Source of the DNA: Mytilus trossulus
Lineage: Eukaryota
Direction of reading: 5' to 3'
DNA: 64,000 bases
Assembly: GCF_036588685.1 (NCBI RefSeq)
Contig: NC_086381.1
Location: 17,298,001 to 17,362,000, forward strand
Positions 11,851 through 23,753 of this stretch are shown in pieces; within the stretch, counting starts at the first letter, position 1; each line of letters opens with the position of its first letter. The position numbers were made by a program, and so were the translations under genes. The notes under the pieces were generated by a model. It made no database searches, was not told the DNA's origin, and saw only the letters and a program-made list of their open reading frames with translations.

Positions 11851-14496
11851 CATATATATCAAAATTGTGAGAAAACCTTAACTCTTGGATATATGAGTAG
11901 ACAGAAATAAAACTAATTTTAAATATTGATTTGGTTTTATTTGGTATTCCAACAAAAACAGATAAAACTGACATAAAAATATTAATACTTCTGTTATCAA
12001 ATATATTTAAAAGAAAAGTTACTAATAGAAAAAAATGTATTTTATAAAAATGCTCAGTAGGGCAGAGAATTACTGGAACCCCTAGATTTCTTTACTGTCA
12101 TAAAGCAAACACAAAAAAACAATAGACACCACATATATTGAATATATATTTCATATCCAAACAGCCTTTGTCTTGCAATCATATTTTGAAATGTACTAAA
12201 TTATAACAGCTGTGTCTATCAAATATATTATATATCTTCTGTTTATTGTATATAACTATTGTGCATAAAAGTGTGTACATCTTCTAATGTTCGTGTGCAA
12301 ATAAAAAAGAAATGCATTATAAAAAAAACATTTATTATGGAAGAATAAGGTCATAATATGAAATTAGAATGCAGACAAAACAAGACGATATGAAGGTAAA
12401 AACTGTCAAATAGTTAATTTGTTTACCATGACCTTCGTTTGGTAGTACATTACCAATCCCAAACATGCATTGCACAACAGAGAACTCAAACAAAAGTAAT
12501 AACACAACAATAATCGAAACAAAATGCCACACACAACCAAAGACATGCACATGATTACAAGTTTGTTGCTTTCGACATGTATACAATAAGAAAACAACTA
12601 TACCAAATCAGTTGCAAATAGTGCAAAACAAAAATCTAATAACTAAGAAAGATCAAAGTATACTAAGTACAAATCTAAGGATACACTTTTCGTTGGTGGT
12701 TAACGATTTATCTCATTAGTTTATGTGGAATAAACCCCCTTATGAGTTTACCTTAGGGTTTGATAATATTTTGTTTCAAGGCCAATATCACCAACATACA
12801 ATCATGTTCTCCCAGACAAAAACCAAACAGTACAGATTTGAATAAGTACCTATAAACCCGTCTAGTGACGCCCCAAACAAAAAAGATATGCTTGTCTTGA
12901 TTTTTCCAAATAAAAATCAAAATTACAGTGTCTCAAGACATTTGATGAGTTATACGAATCCGGCCTTAACATTTTTTTTTTTACTTTTTTGGTTCAAAAT
13001 TATCCTTATATTTGTTTTTATCAAACTTTGCAAAAAGTCATAAATCATTATTTTGGCAAATAAGTGCTAGGTTGGAAGGCAATAAATAATAATATCCTTT
13101 TAGTTTTTACAAACTTGAGAAATCAAATAGGACATAAGCTCTTACACGTTCAGTAATGAAAGGTCCTGACATAAAATTATTTGAAAAAAATAAATGAATG
13201 TGAACTACCGAATAAGACTATTTACCGAGCTTGTAAAACATAAGCAACACGACGGTGACCAATTGTGGGTCAGGTTTTGCTTACCCGTCTGAAGCCCCTG
13301 AGACCACCCCCATTTCTTTGTTGGGTTCGTGTTGCTTAGTCTTAAATTTTCTCGGTTGTGTCTTGTGTACTATTATTTATCTTGTCCCCTCTTTTATAAA
13401 GATCGGCCTTATTAATTACAAAATAAATTTGACAGATTGAAACCATTTACATTCACTGTAATATAGGGTGATGATTTGGGACATGTTGATAGTAATAAAT
13501 AGACATGTTTGTGGGATTTCAACCCTACATTCTTATACACAGGACAGTGGTGCTATAATTAAAAATGGTACAAATCACAATGAATTGTATCAACGCGATG
13601 TTGTTCCGCATGTTGTTGGGGCTAATTTGATTAATGATCCCATTCAAAATCAATATGATAGTCTCTAAGTCATAAGTTACAAGAATCCAGTATCCAACGT
13701 ACTGTTGATGGTCAGAAATTCTTATAGTCATATTGGTAATGTTTGTCCATTGCATATATTTACTGCTTTTGCTTGTGTTCAATTAAAAACAGAACAACAT
13801 TATTATCTTGAAAAGACAAGCGTTAAATATGATTAATGTTTTTCATCAAACTTCAACCTTTTTTAAAAGATAAAATAAAAAGATTCGTAAACTTTAGTAC
13901 ATTTCTGAATAATGCGATTAGTTATGATGTAAAAATACGAAAACTTGGTTAAAAATAAAAAAAAACTGGTAGATCATTGTTAGCAGCATGTACTTGGTTG
14001 CTGGGCAATACATGTTACAATCCCCTACTGTCATTGCAAAATAAAAAATAAATAAATGGAAAATGAGCTCCGACAAGATCAGCCTATTATATATAGAGGG
14101 CCCGATATGACAAAATTTTAAACAATGTAAACGAATGGCTCCTTTAATTACATCACGTTGAAGTAGAACATAAACTGAAAGAATACTCATTCCATTGGTT
14201 CATGACGTTTAAACTGGTCAATTGTTATGGACTTTCCCTTTTTGAATAACCTTGGTTTTCTGTAATTTATCTAAAACAATTCACAAAAGACATAAACAAA
14301 TAATATTTTTCCAGACTATACCAAATAGTTCAGATCCAAAGGAGTGAGTGTAAAGACGTCATAATCCGTCTGAAAAATCATAACCTTAATCCATCCAAAA
14401 TATTACAGATATATTGTATCGACAGGATGTTTGACCAAAAGGTGTTATAACTGTTTCAATTTTATCACATTAAAACATCAATATTTTCAGACTATG

Positions 14497-14500
<4 letters not shown>

Positions 14501-14572
<72 letters not shown>
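14501..14572. repeat. (GA)n microsatellite, about 36 units
   Basis: Uninterrupted GA dinucleotide run; explains the RERERE ORF. Confidence 0.98.
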
Positions 14573-14575
<3 letters not shown>

Positions 14576-15298
14576 AACAACAACTAGTAAACATTCATAA
14601 AACGAAAATGAACTGACAACACCATGACTAGCATAAAATAAGACAAACAAACACAGTGTACAAAACACACTTACAAGATACTTTAAACATTCAAAAACGT
14701 AAGAAACATTTGTTATATATTAATATTAATTTAAATCATAAAAGCATTCTGACCTTGAATAAACAATGATAAAATAATTTTAATGTTTTCTTGAAACTTT
14801 TAACTTTATTTGTATAGTTTCTCCCATTTCTGAAATTTTTCGCTATCCTATTGATATTAACATTTATGTAATACGAAAATGTTTTTTTTTTAAACCTGGA
14901 ATATCGAACATTTTTCCGATATAACATAGCATGAAGTCGTCCTGTTTCATGTTCTAGGGTTCAATTAATTTCCGAGTTGAACATTTAATAAACAAATAAA
15001 TAGATGTGATATGATTGCACAGTAGACAAGTATCCACCAAAGTCAAAATGGAGAGATTCAACATAAAAGAAAAAAAAAGGATCTTAAACAATTAAATCTA
15101 ATTATACGGTCTATCAATGAGAAAAAAAACATTTACTTTTTAGTCGGCTATACAAGGCATCGACGTGATAAATATGAAGTTTTTCTTACTCTAAACAGCA
15201 AGTGTACTTTATTAAAGCGATTATCTATCATAAATTAATTTACAGATACAAATCAAATAAACTCATCATAGATACCAGGACCGAAATTTTATATCTTC

Positions 15299-15342
15299 GT
15301 AGGACGCGCGTTTCGTCAACAATAGACTAATCAGTTACGCTC
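15299..15342 (-). ncRNA. Degenerate hammerhead ribozyme, same family as 9200-9241
   Basis: Minus strand GAGCGTAA-CTGATTA-GTCTATTGTTGAC-GAAA-CGCGCG-TC; core CTGATGA mutated to CTGATTA. Confidence 0.6.
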
Positions 15343-15722
15343 GAATAAAAAATGTTAAAAGGGCTAAACAAATATATTTCCTAAAATACTATGGTTAAAA
15401 TAAAATTTGATTATTTCAATAGTATTGTCTAAAATCTTATCACACATTGAATTACCGATGTAAACATAACAAAATAGGTCACAAAAAATGAAAATGAAAG
15501 TGGTTTTATTCTATGTTTTCGAAGCGCTTTTCCAAATTAACATTCACAAGGAATGCTGTAAGTCAAGTATTTGAAAATGTTCATCGTCATATGTGAATGA
15601 AACATATATTCTTTAATGGTCATACAATTCGTGATTATGTCCGTAACATTTTCGAATGGTGATTTCGACTTCAACACGTTGGAGTATAAAAAAACATCAT
15701 ACTCCCAACTCTATATAATTAG

Positions 15723-16277
15723 ACAATATACGTATAGTGTCTTGAAATATGAAATTTATTTGTATGAGGCTTAGAAACGGGAAAATGCGAGGTTCTACCG
15801 AGCATTTTCCCGTTTCGTGCCGAATACAAATAAATTTCATATTTCAAGACACTATACGTATATTGTTTTTATACTGAAATCGAAAAAAAAAATGAAAAAT
15901 GAAAAAAACATCTTACAAAAATTGTTAAAAAAAGTTTTTGGAATTTCCCTCTTGAGGTACCATTTTAGGGTATTTCCCTATGAGCGTAGTCAAGGTGGTA
16001 AGACATTGGCGTATTAAGGAATTAGAAAGGGAAATGAACTTAATTAATAACATTTGATAAACATGATATATAAATAACCAATTTGAAGACATAAAAGTTT
16101 AAATTGAAAAAAGTTTGACCATTGTTACTTTACGTTGTCATGGTCGTGACGTGATGTTGTTGATGAAATACAATAAGGAGGCGGGGCTTATAGGTCAGTT
16201 GGGGTCATTGACGTATAAAGCTAACGTTTATACGTATAGCTTTATCTGTACAGTAAACTAGCTGATTGCAGTATAAA
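15723..16277. mobile_element. Non-autonomous element with a long terminal palindrome and short IR-bounded body
   Basis: Near-perfect hairpin 15723-15866 (arms about 65 bp), then TTTATACTG (15868-15876) with inverted CAGTATAAA (16269-16277). Confidence 0.6.
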
Positions 16278-17779
16278 TGTATGTCTAAGACAATTGGGTG
16301 TATTTAGTTTGCACTGGCTGATTTGCGCATAATATATCGACCATCCTAAACTTTGTTCTCCAGTGAATGCTTACCGTACTTAATGCATGTTTTATGATTT
16401 CTTTTAATTATTAAGCAATGTTCTCTCTTAAAATCATTATATGATGAAGACATATGTCAATCCATTTATTGAAATAGTACTCTGTATTTGTGTGTTGTTT
16501 TTATTAAATGAATTCTTTTAACTGCAAAAAAGTCCGGCTGCAACTTCTTTATTATTTTTCTGTTTTAAGTCAGACAGAAAACATTTTTTTCGGGTTAAAT
16601 TTTTGTTTCATTTAGACCAGGATATGAACGCTTACTAGATCAAAATGGCGGTTACTTTTTCTACTATTCCAAAAACAATATCCTGTGTTACTCCTTTGTT
16701 GTGTATATTTATACTAAGTTTAGAATAGCATGCTCTGTTGTGAATCAGGATTCTCACTTGCACTTGCAACTCCATCCATCTAGGGTTGGACACTGGTGTA
16801 GGCCGTAGAAATATCACACATGGCGATGGTCGGCAATAATTAATGTTGTCACTTGAATTGCCATTCTTAATCTGGATTGTTGGAATTTTCCACATGCTCA
16901 ATTCCAAATCTTATTTGGATGAAATAGTGTTTCGAAAATATTTTCTTGCATACTGTAAGATTTGAAAAATTCAAATTTTAATTATAAGTTTATTATCTAT
17001 TAATTGTTTAACTAACGTATTCATTTATTCTTGTAAGAATACGAAACACAGTTTTTACTATGTATTTATGAAAGCGCTAATGTAACGTTGCGCTCTTTTG
17101 AACAACACATTTTCCCGTTTCTGTTTTATGACGTTACGCCTTTGACGTGCGCTTCGTCGTCAAGACTTATTTGATAACATACGGATGCACATTGTTTTTT
17201 ATTAGACAGATTATAGTTGGTAAGAAACTTTTTATGTATACTTTCTTTTTATTACATCAAAACTTATTTAAATAGAGAAAACATTGTATACTATTTATTA
17301 GAAATATGCGTAACTTTTAATTATTATTTTAAACGTAATTTAACTTACGAGAGAACTTGGTTTTCATTGTTTGTTTAGTTCAATGTGTATCTTATTATAA
17401 TTTATGTATTTTTACTTATGTGAAATTATTCTTTATTTGTAGAGAATCGATTGTAAGCGACCATATGATTTAAGAATAAAAGATAGAATAAATGGTGCAA
17501 ATTAACTCGCATACTCATCTCTTCGCCCTAAGTTAAACTTTATGTGATTCGTACATACCTGTCTCTGGAACGATGCTTTTGTTGTCAGAATAGGACAAAA
17601 TCTTGTATGTCTGTTTTGTTTTGATTGTCCCATTTTAGCTTGAATTTCCGTTGGCAAGATAACCTTCAGAATCTTTAACTCTCTCATTAGCTGTTGAGTG
17701 AAATATTATGCCGATTATGTGGTTTCTATGTTCACCTTTGGACAATTCCAATTTGTGGCTCGTGATTCCCAGTCTTTGC

Positions 17780-17937
17780 TTTATTTATTTATAATGGATT
17801 GGGAAACAAGTTTTGCAACTTCTATTGATCACTTTCCACTTTGTGGTGCGAGTGCTGCCTTGTAGCGGCATTAGCCTGCTCTTTTTCAAAATCTACAAGG
17901 GTGTCTTTAACGTGCAAGAGATATAGCTCTCTCTTAA
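17780..17937 (-). repeat. SINE-like repeat, one half (split by insertion at TTAA 17934-17937)
   Basis: TTATTTATTT tail then GC-richer GTGCTGCCTTGTAGCGGCATTAGCCTGCT body; recalled as contiguous with 21875-21956 in a common mussel repeat (memory, unverified). Confidence 0.5.
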
Positions 17938-18287
17938 GGGAGTATGCTGCTCAGGTTGATGTAATTAGAATGCTTCAAAATGGCATAGAAAATAAAGATA
18001 TAACACTTTTTAACATGTTTTCATGTTTAATTAAGAAATCTATGTCAACAATTTTTTTTATCACACAATCAGAAAAGGGAGGTAATTCTTCACATTTTCA
18101 ATAGAAAAAATACCTTTACCTTTAAATAAAAAAAATCTCATATAATTAAAATAGAAAACAATAAATCAATTACAATTCATAATATTTAGTATAAATACTT
18201 GTCAAATTGCAAAGAAATTAATACTTGTTTTGCATAATGATAATAAATTTCAGCACCACCTATAACATGGATTTTTCAAAAAATCCA

Positions 18288-18800
18288 CACTTCCTACAAC
18301 CTTTTAGGTAGTAAAAAATAGGAAATTGTAATTAGAACCAAATTTCAATAATTAATAGTTAAAAAGGAAGGTCTTATGATCTTAAAAACTGATACAAGAA
18401 AAAAATGCATGTTGGAATTAGAAAAAAATCTTCATTTCAATTTTCAAAAACTGGATTGTGCCCAAAATCTACACTTTTTACAACCTTTAAGGACATACAA
18501 AATAGGAAATTGTAATCAAAACCACATTTCAAAGATAAAGGGTAAAAAAGAAAGATCTAATGATCTTAAAAACAGAAAATTTATAAGCATAATTGAGATT
18601 TTCAAACACTAGATTTTACTCAAAATCCAGACTTTCTACCACCTTTATGGGGTAAAAAAAGAAAAATGTAATCAGAACCATATTTTGATAATTAATAGTT
18701 AATAAGGAAGGTATTATGATTTTGAAAACTGATACAAGAAAAAAATCCATGTTGGAATTAGAAAATAAACTGAATTTGAATTTTCCAAAAACTGTGGTTT
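18288..18800. repeat. Three degenerate subterminal tandem repeats of about 170 bp
   Basis: ACTT..TACAACCTTT..GGAAATTGTAAT..AACCA..TGATCTTAAAAAC recurs at about 18290, 18472 and 18631. Confidence 0.65.
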
Positions 18801-19606
18801 TGCCCATATTTTGTTCAATTTCAGTAGTATTACTGCCTCATTTTACTTTAAAAACTTCATAAACAAAAATTAAAGTATACCATTATAGAGCAAATGATCA
18901 TGTGATGTTAGCTAGTAAACATAGTTTTCCAACTTTTTCCTTTTTTTCAATCTGTAACACTTAATCATATGTTGACCATCACAGGAAGTTTCTTGTAAAT
19001 AGCCAGGTTTAAAAATCCAGAATTTTGTAAAATTTTAACCCTTTAACATCATAACTGGAAAAATTAACAAACTTATCATGCATACCATAATATAATACAA
19101 TTGTTGCTATACCTTGAAATTCAAAGGGAATTAAAACAATTACATGTAAGGCACCATACAGATACCAACGTTCCCTTACAATGTAAATATTGATAAGTGC
19201 AGCAAGAAGTCCATGACAATACTCAAAATTATACCCTTTATTTTTTTCAGAATCAATCATTTGTAATAGCTGATATATTTTTTAATTATCACATAAATTC
19301 TTGCTCAATACAGTCCCTATGATCAATTTGAAATAAAGTATTTTCCAAAATATCAATAGAATTAGATGACTCTCCACTTTTGCTTAGACCAGAATTGCAT
19401 GCTTCAGATAATAAATGGATAGAAAAATTAACATTCTCAATGACAAAAAAATACCTGAACATTAATTTACATGCCAATTAGTTTTAAAGAAAACAAATTT
19501 ACACTCTGAAGACCATATTCTATATTAAAAATTTTGAAGATGAAATAACCAAAAGCAAAATTGGAATTCAGTTCAAATTCGGATATACAAATATGAAAGG
19601 TACATG

Positions 19607-20424
19607 TTATAGTACATCACTCAGATCTGGTTTTAAACTTTTGAAAAAGTCTGATATGGCATCCACTATCTTCTTTGATTTGGTGACACGCACTTTTCCA
19701 TTTACATCCTCCTCTTTCAGAACATCTTCTATTCCTTGGCGGCCATCTCTTGCATATGAAATGCGTAGGTGAGAAAAAGACATGCCACTTGCTGCTATTA
19801 CATTTGAAGTTCTTAGTGTGATAACTTTCTTCTCTGTAAGAGGTGTCAAAGTAGGGAGAAGTAGTTTAGTTTTCTGGTTGTGGTCATATCTCCTTGCAGC
19901 TGAATCAAAGGAAAAAGATGACAATTGTTTTGCTTCTGTTGATGGAGACAAGTGATGAAAAAGACGACTTAAAGCAACAACGTCCTCCATTGAATCATGA
20001 CCGTCATATGTTTCATTTAATACTGTATTGTACAAATTTGATTGTGAATATGAGGTTAATCCAGGTAACAAAGATTTGAATAGTTGTAGCGTGTCTAAAA
20101 ATCCAAGAATGGTACATGAAAATTCATTTATAATGGAACAGTTATTTACAGCACAAAACAGCACTGGTAAGTCATATGACTTGATGTTATGACCAATAAT
20201 TACATTTTTCTTGAATTGTGCTAAAAATAATATAAACATATTTAAAGCCTCTTTGATGCCAACAGATTTCACTTCCTTGTCATGGCAAAACATCTTGCTC
20301 CCTTCAACTTTGATCCCTGTTATTTCCTGTGCCTTAGGTGTTATTGGTTTCTTTGGAAGTACATATGTGTTGATAGAACCTTTGTAAGATGTTGCAGAAA
20401 TCTGTGTTATGTGAGAGTTTCTTG
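19607..20424 (-). CDS. DEDDh 3'-5' exonuclease (PML/TREX/exuperantia-like), last exon
   Basis: Acceptor TTTCAG|CA; open 271-codon frame with ExoII GHNIKSYD, LDTL, ExoIII GHDSMEDV and a C-terminal helical domain (SGMSFSHL..Y..DG..GIEDVL); stop at 19607. Confidence 0.8.
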
Positions 20425-20794
20425 CTGAAATATAAAAGGCATAACAATGGTAAATTACTTTCATGATAGGCATATGTTGAACAAGTACTACTAGCCAACA
20501 GAATCATGCCAATAAGAATTGAAAAATGCATTTACTAGAATTTTTTTAAACTTTACAAGCCCAAGCTAGCTTTTGAAGCCGGTCATTCATATTATCTATA
20601 CTATTTGAATGCTCATTGATCCCCGTTTTTGTTTTCAAGAAAGTAGTAAACTGAAGCTAAAATTGTCAAATCAACGACTATAACATAAACTGGGTACTGA
20701 ACAGTCCATTTTGAGAATAAACTTAGTTTGTAAATGTGAGACCTAATATTTGACCATACATTGTTCTTTGAGCAGAGAAGCCATACATATTTTC

Positions 20795-20935
20795 GGACTC
20801 TTTATAGCTTACTATGAAGTATGGGCTTTGCTCATTGTTGAAGGGAATTCAGTGACCTATTGTTGTTAATTTCTATGCTATTTGATCCTTTGTGAAAAGT
20901 TGTTTCAGTGGCAAACATACCACATATTTTTTTAA
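20795..20935 (-). repeat. SINE-like family R2 copy inside the exonuclease intron
   Basis: Reverse complement of CAACAATGAGCAAAGCCCATA and TATAGGTCAC blocks of 57478-57725. Confidence 0.6.
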
Positions 20936-21221
20936 ATACACAATATCTTGGAGGCATACAAGTATAATATATAGCACAAACATCTCACCCTTTTAGAGTA
21001 CCTGAATAGAATTTATGTTTTAGTGTGGTTCATCATTTTTGTAGTTGATCAATTATATAATGAATTTGTCTGGTAATTTAGACACATGTATAAAGTTTCA
21101 ATTTTTTTTAATGAAAAATAGGGTTGAAATTTCAACACATGACCATATCAAACCAATTCTAAAAACCTATGTCAACTCAAAATTTCTATAGTGGAGATAA
21201 ATCTTTTTACTGCAATTATAC

Positions 21222-21409
21222 CTAAGCCTGTTGCTTCAATGTCAAAGAAAATGTTATTCACTGTAGTGGACCATTCAATACTTTGATATGCAGGTTGCAG
21301 TGATGGACTTGGAATTTCTTCAATGTCATCTGAAAGGTTGTCTTCCAAGCCAATGCCAGAAGAATAAGTGACACCTTCTCTAACTTCTCTTGTTGCAAGC
21401 TTTTGGTGT
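21222..21409 (-). CDS. DEDDh exonuclease, upstream exon with ExoI motif
   Basis: Acceptor TTCAG|A at 21410/21409, donor G|GTATAA at 21222/21221; encodes REVREGVTYSSGIGL..FFDIEATGL and splices in frame (G+CA=A) to RNSHITQISA. Confidence 0.75.
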
Positions 21410-21874
21410 CTGAAGTACTTAAAAAGAAGCAAAATGAGGCATCATAAAGGGTCACTTCAGCCTTAGTCAATTAATTATCAATCAGTCAAAATACATTTAG
21501 TTATCATACAACATAGGTATTTGTGAAGGACAGACATATGGATAGAGACGCTACTACATGTAGAAGGACTTGATTGTTCTACTCACAGACTGAATACAGT
21601 ACATTGTGTTGGTATATTTATTATGACCTTCATCAATCAAATAAACTTATGTGATAGTCAGCTCATTGGTAATCAGACCCTCAAAATTCAAATACTATGT
21701 AGTCAAGTCAAACTAAGATTTAACCTCAAACTAATTGCAACAGAAAATGTTTTAGTTAATCTATATCATTATGCCCTTTATATACACAGCAAAAATCCCA
21801 TAAAATCTAACTTGAGTAAATCTCAAAATCAGCATTTCTAATTTCCTATGAAAATTAACATTGGATGGGGAGAT

Positions 21875-21956
21875 ACGGACTATCATCGTTTCATCAAGAC
21901 CATACTCGCAAATGGTGTCAAGGGAGAGCCGAAAATTCAGTCCCTGACATTTTCAT
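21875..21956 (-). repeat. SINE-like repeat, other half
   Basis: ACGGACTATCATCGTTTC..GACCATACTCGCAAATGGTGTCAAGGGAGAGCCGAAAATT; continuity with 17780-17937 rests on a recalled consensus. Confidence 0.45.
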
Positions 21957-22889
21957 AAACAAAATGCCGGGAGCCTATACTATTTGGTTGACCGTGACAG
22001 GTTTGACGTCCTTTTGTGCAGGTGGAAAATCTAACTGTTTCTGATATTCATGTATAATAAGTTTTATTCTAAATTAATCAATTTATCATTACATGAACAT
22101 AAATATTTCTATAAACAAGGTGAAGAATCAATGACTATGATTTCATACTCGAAAATTTATTTAAATTCAAAAGTACCTCCACGTTTTGATATTTTGCTGA
22201 TGCATATTTTATAAGCGTCTTTAACATTAAACCAAACAGTGCGTTAGCAAGAATTTTAAGCGATGAAATCACACTTCTAAATGTTTAATAACTGTGCGTT
22301 TTGGTTTATTAGAACTTGGAGAGCAGATTTTATCACGGGAAAATAGTTTGTCTCACTTCTAAGTGTAAATTTAATTTGCATACTATTACAAAAACAGACA
22401 TTGTTAACCTAGTACAATTTAGAATTTTTCACACTTTATTGTGTGACTCGTGTTCAACACTGGTGGGTGTGTTATTGATTGACCCCTTAGCAGGTATTGG
22501 TGCGCTCGTCTGGTGTACTAAATCTTAAGTCAGGTATCTTTGATAAGTATATTAACTCACTTATACAATCTAGTTTCATAAACTTCTTATTTTCATAGAA
22601 CTTACTTTTTCGCGTACTAAGTTACTATGCATGAATGACTACAATGGTAAAATTGCATTTTATTGAATTCTAAGATTAAACTATATAATTCATAGCTGAT
22701 TTTGGATCTTATTTAACATTTGACAATATATAAATTTCATGAAAGCCAATAAGCAAATTCTGAAATAAAAAACCACTGTAACAAAATATCAGGATAAAAT
22801 GACATTTATATTTGATTAAAGTTCATTTTGTAAAGATCAAGATTTAATAATGGAAAACACATGAGAGTATCTATTTTCTTATTGTCTTT

Positions 22890-23753
22890 TTTATGTCACC
22901 CGATCGACAATGTCGGGTGACATATTGCTTTTTCTCTGTTTCTCTTTCTGTATTATTATTTTTCTTCCACCTATTTTGTCCGGCAGTTTTCCTCGGAGCC
23001 AATGGTACCAATCTTAATGAAAGTTAACTATAATGAAAATCCAGAAACTACACCAAAAATTTCAAAAATATTAAAATGCCCAAATTTGTTGAAACTTTAT
23101 AGTAACGATGAGCAACATTGGTAGATGTGGAATTTGGCGTCGAAATTTCGAAAATGTCTGCCGTTACAATGGAAACAATGCAAAACAGGTCAAAATGATT
23201 CAACAACCTTAAAGTGGCATTTACTTTCTTAAAAATGGTACGTCAAATTGATCGAAACTTCGATGGTATGGTGCCTCCCGTGTACTAATGTGGTATATAC
23301 CATTTTAATTTTGGGACAGGTCTCTGTTGTCATAGACACCATCACAAATGTAAAAAATTTCAAAAATTTCAAAATGCTCCAAAATTGATGAAACTTTATA
23401 TGATTGTAGAATGGTAAGTATGAATGAGGCTTTTGATGTTGGATTTTTTTTTTAAAAGATCATTGTTGCCATGGAAACTGCAAAAATGTAAAAAAAAATC
23501 CAAATGCTTTGAACTTTATGAAACTTAATATTAGTGTTAACTGGCAAGTATAAATGAGACTTATGACTTTGAAAATGGAACGGCAGAAATGTGATTTGTT
23601 TTTAAATGCTCTAAATGAACTAAAAAAATTACAGAAAGATGTATAATCATGCATATGTGTGCATTCACTGTCAATTTCTCCTGAAATGCCTGCCACTTAG
23701 TGGCGATTGGGGAAGGGTGACATCCGCTATTGTTTGCAATGGTAATTCTAGTT
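22890..23753 (+). mobile_element. Helentron-associated non-autonomous element (HINE/DINE-like)
   Basis: 5' T-run plus subterminal IR ATGTCACCC with local hairpin (22893-22923), internal degenerate tandem repeats, 3' IR GGGTGACAT (23715-23723), stem-loop, CTAGTTT end. Confidence 0.65.

Larger units (their letters stand above)
17938..21874 (-). mobile_element. Truncated DNA transposon (Kolobok-like TTAA|GG terminus) carrying a DEDDh exonuclease
   Basis: Sharp junction TTAA|GGGAGTATGC, subterminal tandem repeats, two coding exons on the minus strand; other terminus and upstream exons absent. Confidence 0.55.

Noticed and set aside
14431-14616. RE-repeat protein ORF
   Set aside because: Translation of a (GA)n microsatellite.
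16635-16953. Possible exon on the minus strand with splice-like ends
   Set aside because: Contains in-frame stops, has no partner exons and no recognisable domain.
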